From Deltaproteobacteria bacterium (lineage in GTDB: Bacteria; Desulfobacterota; Syntrophia; Syntrophales; Smithellaceae): a stretch of DNA of 64,000 nucleotides. A model generated the notes under the pieces. That model did not search any database and was not told where the DNA came from. It worked only from the letters and a program-made list of their open reading frames with translations. The position numbers were made by a program, and so were the translations under genes. Shown in pieces: positions 35,637-46,561 of the stretch; positions within the stretch are counted from its first letter, which is position 1; every line of letters begins with the position of its first letter. The DNA lies in NCBI GenBank assembly GCA_012729055.1, contig JAAYDW010000042.1, positions 42,973-106,972 on the forward strand, in the 5' to 3' direction.

Positions 35637-36638
35637 ATGCTTGATTCACTGGCCTTTGTCATCACGCTGATCATCATTGCTTTGCTTTTTGATTTCCTGA
35701 ATGGATTTCATGATTCCGCCAATTCCATTTCCACGGTCGTGTCCACCCGCGTCCTTTCCCCAAGGCAGGCGGTTCTCTGGGCGGCTTTTTTCAACTTTGC
35801 GGCGGTCTTCTTCGTCGGCACACAGGTCGCGCACACCGTCGGCAAGGGCATCATTCACCTGGACATCGTGGACAACCTCGTGATTTTTTCGGCACTGGGC
35901 GGCGCGATCATCTGGAACATCACAACCTGGTATTACGGCCTGCCCAGCAGTTCCTCCCATGCCCTGATCGGGGGGCTGATCGGGGCGGCGGTTTCCAAGG
36001 CCGGAACCAGCACGCTGGTCTGGGCGGGGATTATTAAGACATCCGTGTTTATTGTTGTCTCTCCGGCCGTCGGCATGGTGCTTGGTTTTGGTTTCATGGT
36101 CCTTTCCATGAACCTCAGCCGCCGCTCCAACCTGGCCGCGACGGATAAAGTTTTCCGCAGGCTGCAGCTGTTTTCCGCCGCCGTCTATTCCATGGGACAC
36201 GGCATGAACGACGCACAGAAAACCATGGGCATCATCACCATGGCGCTCTTCAGCAAGGGGTTGATCGGAAGTAATTTTGAAATCCCCCTGTGGGTGATTG
36301 TTTCCTGCTACACCATGATCTCCCTGGGAACGATGTTCGGCGGGTGGCGCATTGTTAAAACCATGGGAACCAAAATCACGAAGCTTCAGCCGATCGGCGG
36401 ATTCAGCGCGGAGACGGCGGCCGCCTGCTCCATCATCGGGGCCACCGTCGCCGGTATTCCGGTGAGCACCACCCACACCATCACGGGAGCGATTGTAGGG
36501 GTCGGCTCCACCAAAAGGCTTTCCGCCGTACGCTGGGGTGTCGCCGGAAACATCATCTGGGCGTGGCTGTTAACCATTCCCATATCCGCCCTGATTTCCG
36601 CTCTTTTGTATTATGCGATCCATTTCGTCATCCGCTGA
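35637..36638 (+). CDS. pit: Inorganic phosphate transporter, PiT (PHO4) family
   Basis: Starts LFDFLNGFHDSANSISTVVSTRVL and has a second repeat HGMNDAQKTMGII. 333 aa with about 10 TM helices. Confidence 0.92.
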   Translation: MLDSLAFVITLIIIALLFDFLNGFHDSANSISTVVSTRVLSPRQAVLWAAFFNFAAVFFVGTQVAHTVGKGIIHLDIVDNLVIFSALGGAIIWNITTWYYGLPSSSSHALIGGLIGAAVSKAGTSTLVWAGIIKTSVFIVVSPAVGMVLGFGFMVLSMNLSRRSNLAATDKVFRRLQLFSAAVYSMGHGMNDAQKTMGIITMALFSKGLIGSNFEIPLWVIVSCYTMISLGTMFGGWRIVKTMGTKITKLQPIGGFSAETAAACSIIGATVAGIPVSTTHTITGAIVGVGSTKRLSAVRWGVAGNIIWAWLLTIPISALISALLYYAIHFVIR

Positions 36639-36667
36639 TCTGTTACCGGGACGCGCGCTTTCACCAT

Positions 36668-36694
36668 AAAAAAAGGCAGGGTTTGCACCCTGCC
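36668..36694 (-). terminator. Rho-independent terminator after rplQ (end of alpha operon); hairpin shared with convergent pit
   Basis: Minus strand reads GGCAGGGT-gcaa-ACCCTGCC followed by TTTTTTT. Confidence 0.75.
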
Positions 36695-36717
36695 TTCACA
36701 GTCTTCATCCGGTCTGT

Positions 36718-37125
36718 TTATTCGGCTTTTTTCGCTTTAGCCTTCGGTTTGGCCTTTTCCTTCTTTTTCTCGTCGGAAATGTATTCCAGAATGGAAACCG
36801 GCGCGTTATCACCGAAACGATAACCGACCTTCACAATGCGCGTGTAACCGCCGGCGCGGTTGCGGAACCGCTCGGTCAGGTCGCCAAACAGCTTGGCGAC
36901 CGTTTCCCTGTCGCGCACAACCGCCAGCGCCTGGCGACGCGCGTGCAGGTCGCCCCTCTTGCCCAGCGTGATCATCCGGTCCGCCAGTTTCCGCACTTCC
37001 TTGGCCATTGTATCCGTCGTACGGATGCTTTCATGTTTGATCAGCGATGTCACCATGTTGCGAAACATGGCTTCCCGATGGCTGGACGTCCGTCCCAGTT
37101 TTCTGCCCGCCTTACCATGATACAT
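36718..37125 (-). CDS. rplQ: 50S ribosomal protein L17
   Basis: [24 protein letters not shown]..., the last gene of the alpha operon. Confidence 0.97.
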   Translation of the reverse strand: MYHGKAGRKLGRTSSHREAMFRNMVTSLIKHESIRTTDTMAKEVRKLADRMITLGKRGDLHARRQALAVVRDRETVAKLFGDLTERFRNRAGGYTRIVKVGYRFGDNAPVSILEYISDEKKKEKAKPKAKAKKAE

Positions 37126-37203
37126 TGTTTCTCTTTCCTTTCCTTACTATCAAATCCGAATTTGCATATCGCGCCTGAAATAAAATGAACTGCGCCGCCT
37201 TTT

Positions 37204-38175
37204 TTAAGCGTTGCTGTCCAGCTTCATTCCGAAAACCAGGCCGTATTCGTTGAGAATATCCTTGATTTCGGAAAGGGATTTGCGGCCGAAATTCTTGGTT
37301 TTGAGCATTTCCGCTTCCGACTTCTGCACCAGTTCACCGATTGTGTTGATCCCCGCATTTTTCAGGCAATTGGCGGAACGCACGGAAAGCTCCAGATCCT
37401 CCACTGAGCGGGACAGGATTTCGTTGAGGTTTCCCTTTTCATCTTCCTGTTCCAGCACAACCTCTTCCTCGACTTCCTCGAAGTTGATGAAAACATCCAG
37501 CTGCTGTTTCAGGATCTTTGCCGCGTAGGCGACGGCGTCTCCCGGATTCAGGGAACCGTCCGTCCAGATTTCCATCACCAGTTTGTCGTAATCCGTAATT
37601 TGGCCGACGCGCGCATGCGACACGACATAATTGACTTTCTTGATCGGCGAAAAAATCGCGTCGATGTTGATGGTGCCTTCCGGCTGGTCCGGATCCAGTT
37701 CCTTTTTGGCCGGCGTGTATCCTTTTCCCATCTTAACGACCATTTCGGCCTGGAAAGCGCCGTCGCCCGACAGCGTCGCAATATAATGATCGGCGTTCAG
37801 CACATCGATGCTGCCGTCCGTAATGATGTCGCCCGCCGTAATCACGCCGGGCTCGGTCACGTTAAACCGCACGACTTTCGTGTCCGCCGCGCCCAGTTTA
37901 AAGCGCACGCCTTTCAGATTCAAAATCACATCCGTCACGTCTTCCTTGATTCCCGGAATCGTGGAAAATTCATGCAACACGCCGTCGATTTTCACGGACG
38001 TGATCGCCGCCCCCTGAATGGAAGACAACAGCACCCGTCTCAACGCGTTTCCCAGCGTTATTCCAAATCCTCTCTCCAACGGCTGAATTGTAAATTCTCC
38101 ATAAAACCGCGTATGCGTCGCTTCATCGACATCTACGCGTTTGGGACGAATCAAACTCGACCAGTTTCTCTGCAT
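37204..38175 (-). CDS. rpoA: DNA-directed RNA polymerase subunit alpha
   Basis: [14 protein letters not shown]...[25 protein letters not shown], with the C-terminal domain [16 protein letters not shown]. The ATG at 38175 has a GAGGGTGGG RBS. Confidence 0.97.
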   Translation of the reverse strand: MQRNWSSLIRPKRVDVDEATHTRFYGEFTIQPLERGFGITLGNALRRVLLSSIQGAAITSVKIDGVLHEFSTIPGIKEDVTDVILNLKGVRFKLGAADTKVVRFNVTEPGVITAGDIITDGSIDVLNADHYIATLSGDGAFQAEMVVKMGKGYTPAKKELDPDQPEGTINIDAIFSPIKKVNYVVSHARVGQITDYDKLVMEIWTDGSLNPGDAVAYAAKILKQQLDVFINFEEVEEEVVLEQEDEKGNLNEILSRSVEDLELSVRSANCLKNAGINTIGELVQKSEAEMLKTKNFGRKSLSEIKDILNEYGLVFGMKLDSNA

Positions 38176-38217
38176 AATCAAACCCACCCTCTAGCTGGTT
38201 TATAAAATTAAATGTGC

Positions 38218-38847
38218 TTATTTCGAATAAAGTTCGACAACGAGCTGTTCCTGCACCGGCATGGTCAGATCTTCCCGAACCGGCAACATTTTGATGGTCG
38301 CTTTAAAGTTGTCTTTATCCAAATCCAGCCAATGTGGCACACCACGTCTCGCGACGGTTTCCATCGCTTCGAGCACCCGGTTCATCTTGCGGGATCCTTC
38401 TTTGATGGTGATTTCGTCTCCGGCTTTGAGCAGGTAAGAAGGAATGTTCACGGCTTTGCCGTTGATGAGAAAATGATTGTGACTGATCAACTGCCGCGCC
38501 TCGATTCTTGAATTGGCAAAACCGAGACGAAAGACCATATTGTCGAATCGACGCTCCAGAAGCACCAGCAGATTGGTGCCGGTGATGCCCTTCTGGCGAT
38601 CGGCCTTTTCAAAATAACCGTGAAACTGCTTTTCCAGGAGCCCGTACATTCTCTTGAGCTTCTGTTTTTCACGCAACTGCGTACCATAGTCAGAAACCTG
38701 CTTCTTATGAGACTGACCATGATCTCCCGGAGCGTAACCTCTTCTTTCAAAGGAGCACTTCTCCGAATAACAGCGATCGCCCTTCAAAAAGAGCTTCAAG
38801 CCTTCACGGCGACACAACCTGCATGAGGAATCCGTATATCTTGCCAA
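38218..38847 (-). CDS. rpsD: 30S ribosomal protein S4 (Cys4 form)
   Basis: [31 protein letters not shown]... Confidence 0.97.
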   Translation of the reverse strand: MARYTDSSCRLCRREGLKLFLKGDRCYSEKCSFERRGYAPGDHGQSHKKQVSDYGTQLREKQKLKRMYGLLEKQFHGYFEKADRQKGITGTNLLVLLERRFDNMVFRLGFANSRIEARQLISHNHFLINGKAVNIPSYLLKAGDEITIKEGSRKMNRVLEAMETVARRGVPHWLDLDKDNFKATIKMLPVREDLTMPVQEQLVVELYSK

Positions 38848-38889
38848 AAAACGCCTCCCTTTAATCTCAAATCATTCTTGATGGTTTTT

Positions 38890-39282
38890 TTATACCCTGC
38901 GCCGCTTGGGCGGTCTGCAACCGTTGTGCGGAACAGGCGTGACATCCCGGATCATGGTAATGGTCAATCCGGCCAGCTGTAAAGATCTGAGCGCCGACTC
39001 GCGTCCGGCGCCCGGCCCTTTGATATACACCTGAACCCGGCGCATTCCCTGATCCTTGGCCTTGCGCACCGCATCCTCCGCGGCCATCTGCGCGGCAAAC
39101 GGCGTGCTCTTGCGCGACCCTTTAAATCCCTGCAACCCCGCGGACGACCAGGAAATCACATTGCCTGTCATATCCGTGATGGTGATGATCGTATTGTTGA
39201 AAGTGGATTGAATATGCGCAACCCCTTCCGTGATATTCTTTTTTTCCTTTTTCTTGCCCGTTTTTCTGACTACTTTCGCCAT
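38890..39282 (-). CDS. rpsK: 30S ribosomal protein S11
   Basis: [18 protein letters not shown]...[13 protein letters not shown]. Confidence 0.97.
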   Translation of the reverse strand: MAKVVRKTGKKKEKKNITEGVAHIQSTFNNTIITITDMTGNVISWSSAGLQGFKGSRKSTPFAAQMAAEDAVRKAKDQGMRRVQVYIKGPGAGRESALRSLQLAGLTITMIRDVTPVPHNGCRPPKRRRV

Positions 39283-39312
39283 TTTTCCTCCGGTCGAAAA
39301 TGAATTTCTCAG

Positions 39313-39681
39313 CTACTTCTTCTTGCCTGCAATGGCCCGTCTCGGCCCCTTCCGGGTTCTCCCGTTGGTATGCGTTCTCTGTCCCCTCACGGGAAGTCCC
39401 TTGCGGTGACGCAAGCCACGGTAAGCGCCGATGTCCATCAACCGCTTGATCGACATGGAGACTTCGCGCCGCAGGTCGCCCTCGACTTTGCCCTCTTTAT
39501 CGATGATGCTGCGGATCGCCGATATTTCGGAGTCGGCCAGTTCGTCAGTTTTCGTATCCGGGCTGACGCCGGATTCTTTCAGGATTTGCTTTGCCCGGGT
39601 TTTGCCGATGCCGTAAATATACGTTAAAGCAATCTCCATTCTTTTGTTTTTCGGTAAATCAACACCTGCAATTCGTGCCAC
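39313..39681 (-). CDS. rpsM: 30S ribosomal protein S13
   Basis: [26 protein letters not shown]... Confidence 0.97.
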   Translation of the reverse strand: MARIAGVDLPKNKRMEIALTYIYGIGKTRAKQILKESGVSPDTKTDELADSEISAIRSIIDKEGKVEGDLRREVSMSIKRLMDIGAYRGLRHRKGLPVRGQRTHTNGRTRKGPRRAIAGKKK

Positions 39682-39705
39682 CTAATAACCTCCTGAAATT
39701 CAAAA

Positions 39706-39819
39706 CTAGCCCTGACGCTGCTTATGTTTGGGATTTTCACAAATCACGCGCAAAACCCCCTTGCGTTTGACGATTTTGCACTTCTCGCATATTTTTTTCA
39801 CAGACGATCTTACCTTCAC
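39706..39819 (-). CDS. rpmJ: 50S ribosomal protein L36 (zinc form)
   Basis: Not in the ORF track because it is under 60 aa. My own translation from the GTG at 39819 gives (M)[36 protein letters not shown] plus stop. GGAG lies 8 nt upstream, and the gene holds the canonical slot between infA and rpsM. Confidence 0.92.
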   Translation of the reverse strand: MKVRSSVKKICEKCKIVKRKGVLRVICENPKHKQRQG

Positions 39820-39850
39820 GCTTCTTACTCCTTGTCCTGGGGAAAAAATT

Positions 39851-40069
39851 TTACTTCGTCCTGTACGTGATCCGACCCCGCGTCAGATCATAGGGGGACA
39901 GCTCCACAGTGACCTTGTCCCCCGGCAAGATTTTGATGAAATGCATGCGCATCTTGCCGGAAATGTGAGCCAGCACCTTATGCCCGTTTTCCAACTCCAC
40001 CCGGAACATCGCATTGGGCAGGGGCTCGAGCACCCGCCCTTCAACTTCTATAGCTTCTTCTTTGGCCAT
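39851..40069 (-). CDS. infA: Translation initiation factor IF-1
   Basis: [41 protein letters not shown]... Confidence 0.97.
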   Translation of the reverse strand: MAKEEAIEVEGRVLEPLPNAMFRVELENGHKVLAHISGKMRMHFIKILPGDKVTVELSPYDLTRGRITYRTK

Positions 40070-40107
40070 ACCCTGATTTCTGTTCTTGCCGTTTTCGTTC
40101 GTTGCTT

Positions 40108-40857
40108 TCAGTTCACTCTGCTTAAAATCTCCGGCCCGTTATCGGTGATCGCCACCGAATGTTCGAAATGAGCCGACAAACCGCCGTCCTGCGTAATCAC
40201 TGTCCAGCCGTCCGATAAAATCTTCACCTTGTGTGACCCGGCATTGACCATGGGCTCAATCGCCAGAATCATGCCTTTTTTCAATTCGATCCCCCGCCCT
40301 TTTTTCCCGAAATTCGGAATCTGCGGGTCCTCGTGCAGGTTCCTGCCGATGCCGTGGCCGACAAAATCACGGACGACCGAAAAACCGGCCGCTTCCACCA
40401 GTCCCTGAACCGCCGCCGAAATATCGCCGAGGCGGTTTCCCTGGCAGGCCTCGCGAATCGCCGCGTACAGGCTCTCTTCCGTCACCCGCAACAGCTCCGC
40501 CGCCTCTTCGCTCACCCGGCCGACGGGCAGCGTGATCGCCGAATCCCCGTAAAATCCCTGGTAGTAAATCCCAAAATCAAGGCCGACGATATCTCCGTCC
40601 TGTAACACCCTTTCCGAAGGCATCCCGTGAACCACTTCTTCGTTCACCGACGTGCACAGCGCGTAAGGATACCCCCGGTACCCCTTGAAAGCGGGCTTCG
40701 CGCCTCTTCTTTCGGCGACGCCTTCGGCGATCCGGTCCAGTTCCCTGGTTGTAATCCCCGGTTTGACCTTTTCGCGAAGGGTGCTCAATGCTTCTGCGAC
40801 AATCCGGTTGCCTGCCTTGGCTTGTACAATCTCTTCCGGTTGTTTCAGAATTACCAT
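40108..40857 (-). CDS. map: Type I methionine aminopeptidase
   Basis: [27 protein letters not shown] and EHSV metal-ligand blocks. The ATG at 40857 has AAGGA 9 nt upstream. Confidence 0.95.
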   Translation of the reverse strand: MVILKQPEEIVQAKAGNRIVAEALSTLREKVKPGITTRELDRIAEGVAERRGAKPAFKGYRGYPYALCTSVNEEVVHGMPSERVLQDGDIVGLDFGIYYQGFYGDSAITLPVGRVSEEAAELLRVTEESLYAAIREACQGNRLGDISAAVQGLVEAAGFSVVRDFVGHGIGRNLHEDPQIPNFGKKGRGIELKKGMILAIEPMVNAGSHKVKILSDGWTVITQDGGLSAHFEHSVAITDNGPEILSRVN

Positions 40858-40881
40858 GAGCTTCAATCCTTCAATGCCGCT

Positions 40882-42189
40882 TTACCGCCTGCGCGCCATG
40901 TGCCCTTTCTTCATGAATCCCTCGTACTGACGGGTCAGCAAATGCGCCTCAATCTGGCTGGCCGTGTCCATGGCCACGCCGACGACGATCAACAGCGACG
41001 TTCCGCCGAAATAAAACGGCGTGTTCAGCTGAGAAATCAATACACTGGGCAGCACGCAGATGATGGACACGTAAATCGCGCCGCTGAACGTCAGCCGCTC
41101 CAGAATTTCCTCGATATACTCGGCGGTCTTTTTGCCGGGCCGGATGCCCGGAACGTATCCGCCGTACTTCTTCATGTTCTCGGCCATGTCGTCCGGTTTG
41201 ATCGTGACGGCCGTGTAAAAAAAGCAGAAGAAGAAAATCAACGCCACAAACAGAATTTCATAGCCGAGCCTGCCGGGCATCAAATATCCCGAAATCGTTT
41301 TCATCCACCCGTGCGGAGCAAAATTGGCGATCGTCGCCGGAAACATGATCACCGACGAGGCGAAGATCGGCGGAATCACGCCGGCGGAATTGATCTTCAG
41401 CGGCAGATGCGTTGTCTGCCCGCCGTACATCTTCCGACCCACAATTCTTTTGGCGTACTGCACCGGAATCCGGCGCTGCGCCGCTTCCACAAAAACGATC
41501 GCGCCGATAACGGCGATCATGAACAGACCCAGAAGAACCAGCAGCAGAAAATGCAGTTCGCCGGACGAATACAGGCTCCAGGTGTTGCCGATGGCGCCGG
41601 GCATATTGCACACAATGCCCGCGAAAATGATGAGCGATATCCCGTTGCCGATGCCCTTTTCGGTGATGGTCTCGCCCAGCCACATCAGGAAGGCCGTTCC
41701 GGAGGTCAGCGTGATGATGGTCATCAGGATGAAGCCCCATCCGGCATTCAGGACGATCGGCGCGCCCGTCGGGGACGCCATCTGCTGCAAGCCCCAGGCG
41801 ATGCCGAATCCCTGGATGATGCTTAAAAGAACCGTGCCGTAACGGGTGTACTGCGTAATCTTACGGCGACCGTTTTCCCCTTCCTTGGACAGCTTTTCCA
41901 GGTGCGGAATCGCCACGGTGAGCAGGTTCAGAATAATGGACGAGGTGATGTACGGCATGATGCCCAGGGCGAAGATCGAAAACGTGCTCAGCGCGCCGCC
42001 GGCAAAAAGGTCCATCAAGCCCAGCACGGATCCCCGGGCCTGCTCGAAAAATGCCAGAAGCGCCACGTTGTCAATGCCGGGGGTCGGAATAAAAACGCCA
42101 ACACGATACACCGCCAGAAGAAGCAGCGTAAACAGAATTCTTCTTTGCAGCTCCGGTATTTTCGAAACGCCGCCTAATCCCTCTAACAA
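40882..42189 (-). CDS. secY: Preprotein translocase subunit SecY
   Basis: (M)LEGLGGVSKIPELQRRILFTLLLLAVYRVGVFIPTPGI... The TTG start at 42189 has a GAGGTGAT RBS inside the rplO 3' end. There is no adk between secY and map. Confidence 0.96.
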   Translation of the reverse strand: MLEGLGGVSKIPELQRRILFTLLLLAVYRVGVFIPTPGIDNVALLAFFEQARGSVLGLMDLFAGGALSTFSIFALGIMPYITSSIILNLLTVAIPHLEKLSKEGENGRRKITQYTRYGTVLLSIIQGFGIAWGLQQMASPTGAPIVLNAGWGFILMTIITLTSGTAFLMWLGETITEKGIGNGISLIIFAGIVCNMPGAIGNTWSLYSSGELHFLLLVLLGLFMIAVIGAIVFVEAAQRRIPVQYAKRIVGRKMYGGQTTHLPLKINSAGVIPPIFASSVIMFPATIANFAPHGWMKTISGYLMPGRLGYEILFVALIFFFCFFYTAVTIKPDDMAENMKKYGGYVPGIRPGKKTAEYIEEILERLTFSGAIYVSIICVLPSVLISQLNTPFYFGGTSLLIVVGVAMDTASQIEAHLLTRQYEGFMKKGHMARRR

Positions 42190-42190
42190 G

Positions 42191-42637
42191 TTAGATCACC
42201 TCTTCCACGGTTCCGCCTGCGGCGGTAATTTTCGCTTTGGCGGCCGAACTGATTTTCGCTATTTTGACGGTCACCGGAAAATCAATATCGCCTTTGGCCA
42301 GAAGTTTGATGCTGTCGCTCTTTCTCTTGACCAGGCCGCTGGCCCGAATCGCCGCTTCGTCGATCACGGCGCCCTTTTCAAAAATGCGGCATAAATCCAC
42401 GAGATTCACGGCAACGTAGCTTTCCCGGAAAGGATTGCGGAACCCTCTTTTCGGAAGCCTCCGGGACATGGGCATCTGTCCGCCTTCAAAACCGTCGCGC
42501 ACAGAGCCGCCCGAACGGGCCTTCTGCCCCTTGTGTCCTTTGCCGGATGTTCCGCCGTGACCGGAAGCGTCTCCGCGACCGACCCTCTTTCTTTTCTTGG
42601 TTGCTCCGGCGGGCGCTTTGAGAGAACTTAAATCCAT
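42191..42637 (-). CDS. rplO: 50S ribosomal protein L15
   Basis: [44 protein letters not shown]. The ATG at 42637 has a GGAG RBS. Confidence 0.96.
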   Translation of the reverse strand: MDLSSLKAPAGATKKRKRVGRGDASGHGGTSGKGHKGQKARSGGSVRDGFEGGQMPMSRRLPKRGFRNPFRESYVAVNLVDLCRIFEKGAVIDEAAIRASGLVKRKSDSIKLLAKGDIDFPVTVKIAKISSAAKAKITAAGGTVEEVI

Positions 42638-42641
42638 ATAT

Positions 42642-42830
42642 CTACTCCTTCGCTTCTTCCACGGAAACAAGGTGGATCACTTTATTAATCATCCCGCGGA
42701 TCTCCGGGGTGTCCGCCAGAGTCACGGTGCTGTTTACTTTATTCAGTCCCAGGCCCCGCAGAACTTTCCGCTGCTTTTCCGGCCGGGTAATGACACTTTT
42801 CACCATTTTGACTTTCAACATTTTGCCCAC
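42642..42830 (-). CDS. rpmD: 50S ribosomal protein L30
   Basis: [31 protein letters not shown]. The GTG at 42830 has a GAGGGTG RBS, and an alternative ATG lies at 42821. Confidence 0.93.
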   Translation of the reverse strand: MGKMLKVKMVKSVITRPEKQRKVLRGLGLNKVNSTVTLADTPEIRGMINKVIHLVSVEEAKE

Positions 42831-42855
42831 TGTTTCAACACCCTCGTGAAAATTT

Positions 42856-43353
42856 TTATTTGCCTCTCTGGGCGGCGATTTCCGCCGGATCCTTCAACTG
42901 ACAAAGCCCTTCAACGGTGGCCTTGACCAGATTGTGGGGGTTGTGAGAGCCCAGGCATTTGGTCAGAATGTTATGGACGCCGGCCACTTCCAGAACGGCG
43001 CGCACCGCGCCGCCGGCAATCAATCCCGTCCCTTCGGAGGCCGGTTTGAGCAGGACTCTGCCCGCGCCGAACTTTCCGAGAACCTCGTAGGGAATGGTTT
43101 TGTTGGTGACGGCCACCTTGACCATGTTCTTTTTGGCCATTTCCATCCCCTTGCGGATTGCTTCGGGAACTTCATGCGCTTTGCCCAGTCCCGCGCCGAT
43201 CGATCCCTGGCCGTCTCCGACCACGACAATCGCGCTGAAACGGAACCGCCTTCCTCCCTTCACAACCTTTGCCGTACGGTTAATGGCAATGACTCGGTCG
43301 AGGAGCTCCACCTCTTTCATCTCTTTCCTGTCGAACGATTCTTCCCTTATCAT
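42856..43353 (-). CDS. rpsE: 30S ribosomal protein S5
   Basis: [39 protein letters not shown]... Confidence 0.97.
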   Translation of the reverse strand: MIREESFDRKEMKEVELLDRVIAINRTAKVVKGGRRFRFSAIVVVGDGQGSIGAGLGKAHEVPEAIRKGMEMAKKNMVKVAVTNKTIPYEVLGKFGAGRVLLKPASEGTGLIAGGAVRAVLEVAGVHNILTKCLGSHNPHNLVKATVEGLCQLKDPAEIAAQRGK

Positions 43354-43377
43354 GAGTTCTCTACACTTCGTTTGAGT

Positions 43378-43743
43378 TTAAAATTTAAGACCATTTTCCC
43401 GCGCGGCGTCGGCCAGAGCCTTCACGCGGCCGTGATAAAGAAACCTGCCTCTGTCAAAAACGACTTTTTCAACGCCGAGCGTCTGCAGTCGCGCGGCAAT
43501 CAGCTTGCCTACTTCCCTGGCCACATCCACCTTCTTGATTCCTTTCAGTTTACCGGCCAGTTCCCTGCTCAGCGTGGACGCAGCCGCAATGGTCGTGCCC
43601 TCGACGTCATTGATGACCTGAGCGTAGATGTGCTTATCCGAACGGAATACCGAAAGACGCGGTCTTTCCGGCGTGCCCGTCAGTTTGCTCCGAACTCTCT
43701 TTTCCCTCTTATTGCGAATTTTCAGTGTCTTCTTGGAAGCCAA
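43378..43743 (-). CDS. rplR: 50S ribosomal protein L18
   Basis: [23 protein letters not shown]...[26 protein letters not shown]. The TTG start has a GAGGTGG RBS. Confidence 0.96.
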   Translation of the reverse strand: MASKKTLKIRNKREKRVRSKLTGTPERPRLSVFRSDKHIYAQVINDVEGTTIAAASTLSRELAGKLKGIKKVDVAREVGKLIAARLQTLGVEKVVFDRGRFLYHGRVKALADAARENGLKF

Positions 43744-43778
43744 TGTTCCACCTCTTCAAGGCTGTATTAAATTAACTT

Positions 43779-44321
43779 TTACTTTGCGCCGGCCGCTTTC
43801 CCGGCTTTCCGGCGAATGTACTCACCCGCATACTTGATGCCCTTGCCCTTGTAAGGTTCGGGTTTCTTCAGAGACCGAATCTCCGAGGCCACGCGTCCCA
43901 CCAGTTCCTTGTTGATGCCGGAAACCACCAGGTTCACCTGCTTGTCGACCTTCACCTCGATTCCCTTGGGAATCGTATACTCGACGGGATTGGAAAATCC
44001 CAGAACCAGCTTCAGAGTGGAGCCGGCGATTTCGGCGCGGTAGCCGACGCCGGAGATTTCCAGAGCCTTTGCAAAACCGTTGCTGACGCCGGTCACCATG
44101 TTGTTGATCAGGGTTCTGGCCAATCCGTGATACGACCGGGCCAGGCGATCATCCGACTGACGCTCGACGGTCAGGGAAGCATCGGCAACCACCATCTTGA
44201 TCCCGTCAGGCAGTTTCGCGGTTAACGCGCCCTTGGGTCCTTCGACTTTGACAATCCCGTCACTTTGGCTGATTTTCACCGTCTTGGGAAAAGTGATCGG
44301 TTTTTTACCTATTCTCGACAT
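43779..44321 (-). CDS. rplF: 50S ribosomal protein L6
   Basis: MSRIGKKPITFPKTVKI... gives 180 aa from the ATG at 44321. The ORF-track extension overlaps rpsH and is spurious. Confidence 0.96.
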   Translation of the reverse strand: MSRIGKKPITFPKTVKISQSDGIVKVEGPKGALTAKLPDGIKMVVADASLTVERQSDDRLARSYHGLARTLINNMVTGVSNGFAKALEISGVGYRAEIAGSTLKLVLGFSNPVEYTIPKGIEVKVDKQVNLVVSGINKELVGRVASEIRSLKKPEPYKGKGIKYAGEYIRRKAGKAAGAK

Positions 44322-44355
44322 GAACAAGAACTCCCGTTTAATATGAGTATTTTGT

Positions 44356-44757
44356 TTACCAAACCTTGCAAAGGATCTCGCCGCCGACATTGGCCTCGCG
44401 GGCTTCCTGATCGGTGATGACGCCGCGGGACGTGGACAAGATGGAAATGCCGAAGCCGTTGAGCACTTTGGGAATCTTATCGGCCGGCACATAGACTCTG
44501 CGCCCCGGCTTGCTGACCCTTTTGATGTCGGTGATCACCGCTCGTTTGGAATCCGGATATCTGAGGCTGATCTTCAGCATCGGATGGCCTTTTTCATCTT
44601 TCACAACGTCATACGTGTTGATGTAGCCAGACGCTTTCAGAACCTTGGCAATATTCAAATTCATCTGGGACATGTATACATTGACACTCTTGAAACGGGC
44701 TTTGTTCCCGTTTCGAATTCTGGTCAGCATATCAGCGATAGGATCAGTCATCCCCAT
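44356..44757 (-). CDS. rpsH: 30S ribosomal protein S8
   Basis: MGMTDPIADMLTRIRNGNKAR..., with AAGGAG 8 nt upstream. Confidence 0.97.
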   Translation of the reverse strand: MGMTDPIADMLTRIRNGNKARFKSVNVYMSQMNLNIAKVLKASGYINTYDVVKDEKGHPMLKISLRYPDSKRAVITDIKRVSKPGRRVYVPADKIPKVLNGFGISILSTSRGVITDQEAREANVGGEILCKVW

Positions 44758-44781
44758 GCTTTTTTTCTCCTTACCCTAAAA

Positions 44782-44967
44782 TTACCAACTCGATTTGATC
44801 ACGCCGGGAAGCTCGCCCTGCAGGGACAGTTTCCGCAAACAGATTCTGCACATTTCAAATTTCCGATAATACGCTCGGGGCCGGCCGCAGATCTGACAAC
44901 GGTTGTATTCCCGAACCGAAAATTTCGGCTTCCTTTTTGCTTTTGCGATTAATGACTTTTTTGCCAC
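44782..44967 (-). CDS. rpsN: 30S ribosomal protein S14, type Z (zinc-binding, 61 aa)
   Basis: [24 protein letters not shown]...W. The GTG start has a GGAGG RBS. Confidence 0.96.
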   Translation of the reverse strand: MAKKSLIAKAKRKPKFSVREYNRCQICGRPRAYYRKFEMCRICLRKLSLQGELPGVIKSSW

Positions 44968-44993
44968 GCGAAATTCCTCCGGAGCTTCCTCGT

Positions 44994-45533
44994 TTAATTC
45001 TTAAAGGGAACACCCATCAGCCGAAGCAGCACGCGGGCCTCTTCGTCCGTTCGGGCTGTGGTCACGATGGTGATGTTCATCCCCTTGATCTTTTCTATTT
45101 TATCATATTCGATTTCCGGGAAAATGATCTGTTCGTGAAGACCGAGAGAATAATTTCCCCGGCCGTCAAAAGCGGCGGGCGATATTCCCCGGAAGTCCCG
45201 AACCTTCGGCAGCGCCACGTTCACGAGACGATCGAAAAACTCGTACATCACGTCCTTGCGCAGCGTGACCGAACAGCCGATCGGCATGCCCTGGCGCAAT
45301 TTGAAGGTCGCGATGGATTTCTTCGCCTTCGTAATCACCGGCCTCTGCCCCGTTATCATCGCCATTTCCTGCGCTGCGCCGTCGATGATTTTCACATTCG
45401 AAATGGCCTCGCCCAGCCCCATGTTGACGACAATCTTCTCCATCTTGGGCACCTGCATGGGATTTTTGTAGTCAAATTCCTTGACCAGGGCCGGCACCAC
45501 TGTTTTTAAGTAAAATTCCTTTAATCTTGCCAT
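44994..45533 (-). CDS. rplE: 50S ribosomal protein L5
   Basis: [39 protein letters not shown]... Confidence 0.97.
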   Translation of the reverse strand: MARLKEFYLKTVVPALVKEFDYKNPMQVPKMEKIVVNMGLGEAISNVKIIDGAAQEMAMITGQRPVITKAKKSIATFKLRQGMPIGCSVTLRKDVMYEFFDRLVNVALPKVRDFRGISPAAFDGRGNYSLGLHEQIIFPEIEYDKIEKIKGMNITIVTTARTDEEARVLLRLMGVPFKN

Positions 45534-45539
45534 TTTTTC

Positions 45540-45863
45540 CTAACCCACGTCGATTACGTCATTGCATTTGCTGCAGATACGAATTTTCTTGCCGTCTTCC
45601 AGAATGCGGTTGCGAATCCGGGTCGCCTCTTTGCATTTGCCGCAAATGATGCTGACCTTGGAGACATCCATCGCCGCCTCTTTTTCCAAGACGCCCCCTT
45701 TGCTCTTCTGATCGGGTCTCTTATGCCGCTTGATCACGTTGATCTTTTCAACGATCACCTTGCTTTTTTCGGGTATGGTTTTAAGAATCTTCCCGGTTTT
45801 GCCCTTGTCCTTTCCGGCCAGAACCTTCACCATGTCTCCCTTTTTCAATCTGCCTACAGTCAT
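45540..45863 (-). CDS. rplX: 50S ribosomal protein L24 (with C-terminal CxxC...CxxC)
   Basis: [26 protein letters not shown]... The ATG at 45863 has a GAGGGG RBS. The C-terminus is [32 protein letters not shown]. Confidence 0.95.
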   Translation of the reverse strand: MTVGRLKKGDMVKVLAGKDKGKTGKILKTIPEKSKVIVEKINVIKRHKRPDQKSKGGVLEKEAAMDVSKVSIICGKCKEATRIRNRILEDGKKIRICSKCNDVIDVG

Positions 45864-45885
45864 TTTTCCCCTCTTCAAAACAGGC

Positions 45886-46254
45886 TTACAGAACTTCTGG
45901 CGCCAGAGATATAATCTTCATAAACTGCTTTGCTCTCAGTTCACGGGCGACCGGCCCGAAAATGCGCGTCCCGATCGGCTCCATCTGGTTGCTGATGAGT
46001 ACGGCGGAGTTGTCGTCAAACTTGAGATAAGACCCGTCCGGCCGCTTCACTTCCTTCACGGTGCGGACGATGACCGCCTTCATGACGTCACCTTTTTTTA
46101 CTTTGGAATTCGGAATCGCTTCTTTCACGGAAACGACGATCACGTCGCCCAGGGACGCGTAACGTCGCTTCGATCCGCCGAGCACCTTAATACACGCGAC
46201 CCGCTTGGCGCCGGAATTGTCGGCGACATTGAGAATTGTCTGCATCTGAATCAT
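45886..46254 (-). CDS. rplN: 50S ribosomal protein L14
   Basis: [33 protein letters not shown]... Confidence 0.98.
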   Translation of the reverse strand: MIQMQTILNVADNSGAKRVACIKVLGGSKRRYASLGDVIVVSVKEAIPNSKVKKGDVMKAVIVRTVKEVKRPDGSYLKFDDNSAVLISNQMEPIGTRIFGPVARELRAKQFMKIISLAPEVL

Positions 46255-46302
46255 AAATCAACTCCACTAAACAAGATACCCGCCTCTGCACCGGGCCGGT
46301 TT

Positions 46303-46560
46303 CTATTTCGCTCGCTCCAGAATTTCCAGCATCCGCCAGCGTTTGTCTTTGCTCATCGGCCGCGCCTCAATGATCAAAACGGTGTCGCCCGTTTTACACT
46401 GATTCTGCTCGTCATGGGCTTTGTATTTTACATGCCGGCGGACATACTTGTGGAACACCGAGTGCTTGACCAGCCGCTCGGCCTTCACCACGATCGTCTT
46501 GTCCATTTTGTCACTGACCACCACACCCTTGATGGTGCGTTTATTGCTTTTTTCAGCCAT
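46303..46560 (-). CDS. rpsQ: 30S ribosomal protein S17
   Basis: [39 protein letters not shown]. Confidence 0.97.
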   Translation of the reverse strand: MAEKSNKRTIKGVVVSDKMDKTIVVKAERLVKHSVFHKYVRRHVKYKAHDEQNQCKTGDTVLIIEARPMSKDKRWRMLEILERAK

Positions 46561-46561
46561 A

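Noticed and set aside
40069-42189. Absence of adk between secY and map
   Set aside because: Loss or relocation of adk from the spc operon end is a common lineage-level variation and not noteworthy by itself.
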